DNA of 64,000 nt from the human T2T-CHM13v2.0 reference genome, Homo sapiens. The translations under genes and the position numbers were made by a program. The notes under the pieces are model-generated. The model searched no databases. It had not been told where the DNA came from and saw only the letters and a list, made by a program, of their open reading frames with translations. Shown here one piece after another: positions 56,971 through 64,000 of the stretch. The first letter of the stretch is position 1. Each line of letters opens with the position of its first letter. The stretch is from NCBI RefSeq assembly GCF_009914755.1, contig NC_060928.1; one strand, given 5' to 3'.

Positions 56971-57899
56971 ATAATCTTCCCCTTACCTACTTCCAATATG
57001 TAAATAATTTACATTTATTAAACCAAAGAAATTTAATCTTGCTTTTCTGAAACAACACAATTCAATTTCAATTTTCTTTACATAGAGAGAGGGAGCATCT
57101 CACCGCAGATAAAGGTGTATGCATATTTTTTCTCCACTCAAAATTATGCTGACACTCAAAAACAAATATTTAGTACAATATCAATTCATATGTTAATTAT
57201 GCTTAGAGGGAATTGGGCTAAACATGCAGCATTCATTTAAAATGAGGGCCTCCCATCATACTTTGCTGATGATATTAAGTATTGAAAGCCAACTTTTTCT
57301 ACCTGTTTACTATTATGTCATAGTAGCATGATTTCCCAGATGGCAGACACTTTGTCTTTTAGTACATAGCTAGGCATTTCATGTTTATAACAGTGACTGC
57401 TCAGTAATTATGCATTGCCAGGAAAGATAATTACTATAAAAATTATTTAGGAAATTATTCAGCAAATAGTAAATAAATAGTATTAAGACGGTTGCCGTTA
57501 TTTCTGAACATCTTCAATTTCCCTGAATTTTCTCATCTGAAAAATGGATATATGCACTTCACAGCAGCCCATTGTGAGAGAGAGTAGAGTCAATATAGAT
57601 AAAATTCTCCAAAGACCAAAAGTTTATCTAGCTCATAATATGTTCTTCATGAGTATTCATTTTTTTAATTACTGTATCTTTTTATCTCATTATGACTAAA
57701 ATTAAACATTTTATTCTCTTTCCAAAACCTTATGTGTCTCCTGTGTTCCCAATATGCTGGACATCAGGTGTGGGCTATAATAGTACCATGATTTTCCTTT
57801 GGAGACTCCAAATCCTCAGTACACATTATTCCACCTATAACTCCATAGATGCCACAAAATCCAGACCTCAGTACAGAGAGTGACTTACATGAACTTTGC

Positions 57900-58351
57900 T
57901 AAAAATTTTGGACAAAGTTTACTCCCTTTTGATTCTGAATGGATAGAGTAATGTTGCTGTCTCAGTGTAGCACGTTCTGAGCCTACTGAAGCAGCAGCTG
58001 ATGTTGAGGCAGAAATGAAAGATGCAGAGGCAGAGTCCTCATAACACTGTCTGAACACCTGAAAACAAGTGAACACTGATGAATTTTACTGTTCTGTTTT
58101 AGCCCAAGGTCAGTAAACATCTTCTGTAAAAGGCTAGATTGCAAATATTTTAGGTTTTATGGAACATATGGTTTGGGTGCAACTATTAAGCTACAATGAT
58201 GGATATGGCTGTGTTCCAATTAAACTTGATTTACAAAAACAGGCAGCAAGATCAATTTGGCCATGGACCATAGTTTATTGACTCCTGTCTTTTCCTGACA
58301 AAGTAGAGTTTCCTTACTTGGCAACCAAAGCAGTTAGTCTTAACTAATACA
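57900..58351 (+). mobile_element. Old MLT1 (J/K-like) LTR containing a MER58 insertion
   Basis: gcagagtcctcataacactgtctgaacacctg...cttacttggcaaccaaagc...ctaataca. Confidence 0.5.
58104..58287 (+). mobile_element. MER58A-like MITE, internally deleted
   Basis: ggtcagtaaac...ctgtaaaaggctagattgcaaatattttagg...catagtttattgactcctg. Confidence 0.85.
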
Positions 58352-58469
58352 CCCTGTATTAGGCACTGGATTAACAGACGTTTAAGCCAAAAATTTGAAA
58401 AATAATCATTTTTACCTTTTCCCTGTTCCCTTGCGGCATAAATATAACATCAGAAAGTATACCTCTATT

Positions 58470-58860
58470 AAATGTTTCCTTGGTCTGTTTACTCTTTCCA
58501 TTCCCACCTATAACTTGTTATTTCAAATCACAATCATCTCCTCCTTGACATTCTATAAAAGCTCTTTACATATTCCTTTGAGTCCAGGATTCTTTTCAAT
58601 TCTTTTTCACATGGGAAGTCTTATGATATTTCCACAATACATATATTGGCATGCTGTGGTCATATCCAGGTGATTGTTTATGAACCTTTGATATGGATAA
58701 TATCTCCTGTCATAAAGTACATATTATCTGACTTATTTATTAAATTGTATCTTTTGTTTCTAGAATATAAATTATGTGAGGATCACAGCAAATTTTTGTT
58801 TATGGCTTTCTTCAATTGTTTATACATGTGGTTGATATAATGTGAATAACAAATACACAT
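58470..58860 (+). mobile_element. L2 LINE 3' fragment
   Basis: cacaatcatctcctccttgac...ctagaatataaattatgtgagg. Confidence 0.55.
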
Positions 58861-60657
58861 TTCTAAAAAGGAGGCCAAATGATTCATCAGAGAAAGTAAA
58901 TATAAAAAGAATGCATTTTTTTCTGAATAAATACAGACTTAAACCATGTAATAAACTTCTGCATTTAGAAAACCATTAAGGTCTATAATACATATTTACT
59001 ATTCTATGGTAATCTCTTAGATTTATCTTGGGCCAACATATTAAAATTTTATTGGAATAAAAACAGAAAAGATATTTTTAAAAAATATTACTTTCATATG
59101 CCTAATTTTCCAATTGTCTTTCTATTCTCATTGGCTCTTAAAATTTACTTTTTATTCAATGTCCAGTTCAAGTACAGACTCTCATTGTCTTTCTAATTTA
59201 TTTCCTGTAGGGTTAGTTTGTTGTTTTTGACACATTTTCTGAATCACACATTTTTATATTTCATATTGTATGTGAATTAAATTGCTGCAGATTCTTCCTA
59301 TGTGCATGTCTTTGATGCACATGTACAATGAATGTTCCCAGAAAGAATTAGTAAAGAACACATTTTAACTTCTTTTTACGTCACCAATTTCAGTATAAAG
59401 CAGTGTATATAGAAAATAGTCACTAAATTCTTATTAAATGAGTGAATTTCAAAGGAAAATGGAAAATGGATGATCATAAAATTACATCTGGAAGGAAGTC
59501 ATGCCCAGAAAAATTACCTAATGACTGCACACACAATTTTTACTAACATTATGCTGAAGGAAACAAGTGTATTACAATAACGTGAAACACAGCAGATGAT
59601 TGGTTTACACTTCACATCATTCAGTTGGTATTTTGGTGTGGAGAAATAATATATGATCATAACAATAGCATTTAAAATTGTCTTTATTTGATCTTTATTC
59701 TAACTAGTGATATGGATCACACAAAAGGTGTTTAGGATCTTTCTTCTATGGCATGAGAATATTTTTTAAAATATATTTAGCTGTTCAAAAAGTACAATGA
59801 TATAAACAGAGTGTGGAAAACTTATGAGAAAAAACAGGAATTATAATTAATGATGTATTCAATATAAACCAAAAATAAAGTGCCAATCTCAAACCATTTT
59901 TTAAAACATGTGGTCTGAAATCATCAAAACTGACTCTAGAAGCAATCAATACTAAAATATTTGTCATACAAATAATTAATGAGAATGTTATCAAATAATT
60001 CCTCTAATAAAGTCCCTGGTCACAGAATTCATATTTCAGAAAGGAAAAGAAAGAATACATACTTTCTTTAATATATAAATTGATTCAGAACAAAAACATG
60101 AAAAAACTAGAAATTACTTTTATAAAGCTAGCATAAACTCAAAAATAAGTGTACCTGTGTATGTTTATGCACACATATGAGGGCACGTGTGTATGCGTGT
60201 GTGTGCACACCTCACATGTGTATGAACTACACACTCAAGATGAATTCTATTTAAAAACATAAATGCAGCAAATCTAGTAACAGAAATTAGCAGAAATTAA
60301 ATCATCAAGTAATTATCTCAGGGACATAGGATTTTCACTATCATATACATATCATAGATGTATGTGATCTGTGATCATTTGAATGAGGGCGCAAAAACAA
60401 ATGCTTAAATATTTCAGCATAATACAGCATTTACATCTGTGTGGTATAAATGATATTGAATAATATCATTAATTCAAAAGACCAAATTCAACAAAATCTG
60501 ACCTATAATACATATATTTAGTCTTCCTCTTTCATCATTTAATTTTTCTATTCCATAATTATTATCTGGTTTGAATTAGCATGGTTATCATATGTTCAGA
60601 TAAATATATTTTTATAGGCAGGGATCTTTAAGTTGGTAAAACATTTTACTCTTTTTA

Positions 60658-63020
<2,363 letters not shown>

Positions 63021-63039
63021 GAAAGGTGTTAAATTGTCT

Positions 63040-64000
<961 letters not shown>

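Noticed and set aside
60335-60472. Short palindromes such as aatgatatt-gaat-aatatcatt
   Set aside because: 9-11 bp AT-rich arms are expected by chance

Overview
AT-rich primate (human-like) genomic DNA. It reads as gene desert or deep intron, and the exact locus and species cannot be assigned from sequence alone. No intact protein-coding gene, RNA gene, CpG island or CRISPR array is supported. The window is dominated by interspersed repeats: nine Alus, a near-full-length but internally deleted L1PA7-like LINE-1 with a target-site duplication (TSD), older L1PA/L1PB/L1M fragments, MIR and L2 relics, about a dozen solo LTRs and hAT-Charlie MITEs. Most longer ORFs in the track derive from these repeats or from low-complexity DNA. 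Subfamily names come from my recall of consensus sequences and need RepeatMasker/Dfam confirmation; boundaries of old repeats are approximate. I found no convincing new biological system. The best leads are small-scale: a templated duplication plus fold-back hairpin (3.3-4.5 kb), a perfect palindrome built from two p53 half-sites (53.9 kb), a 96-nt symmetric candidate exon (56.5 kb), a triplicated 13-mer (43 kb), two L1s keeping both ends but lacking their middles, and a closely spaced inverted Alu pair.
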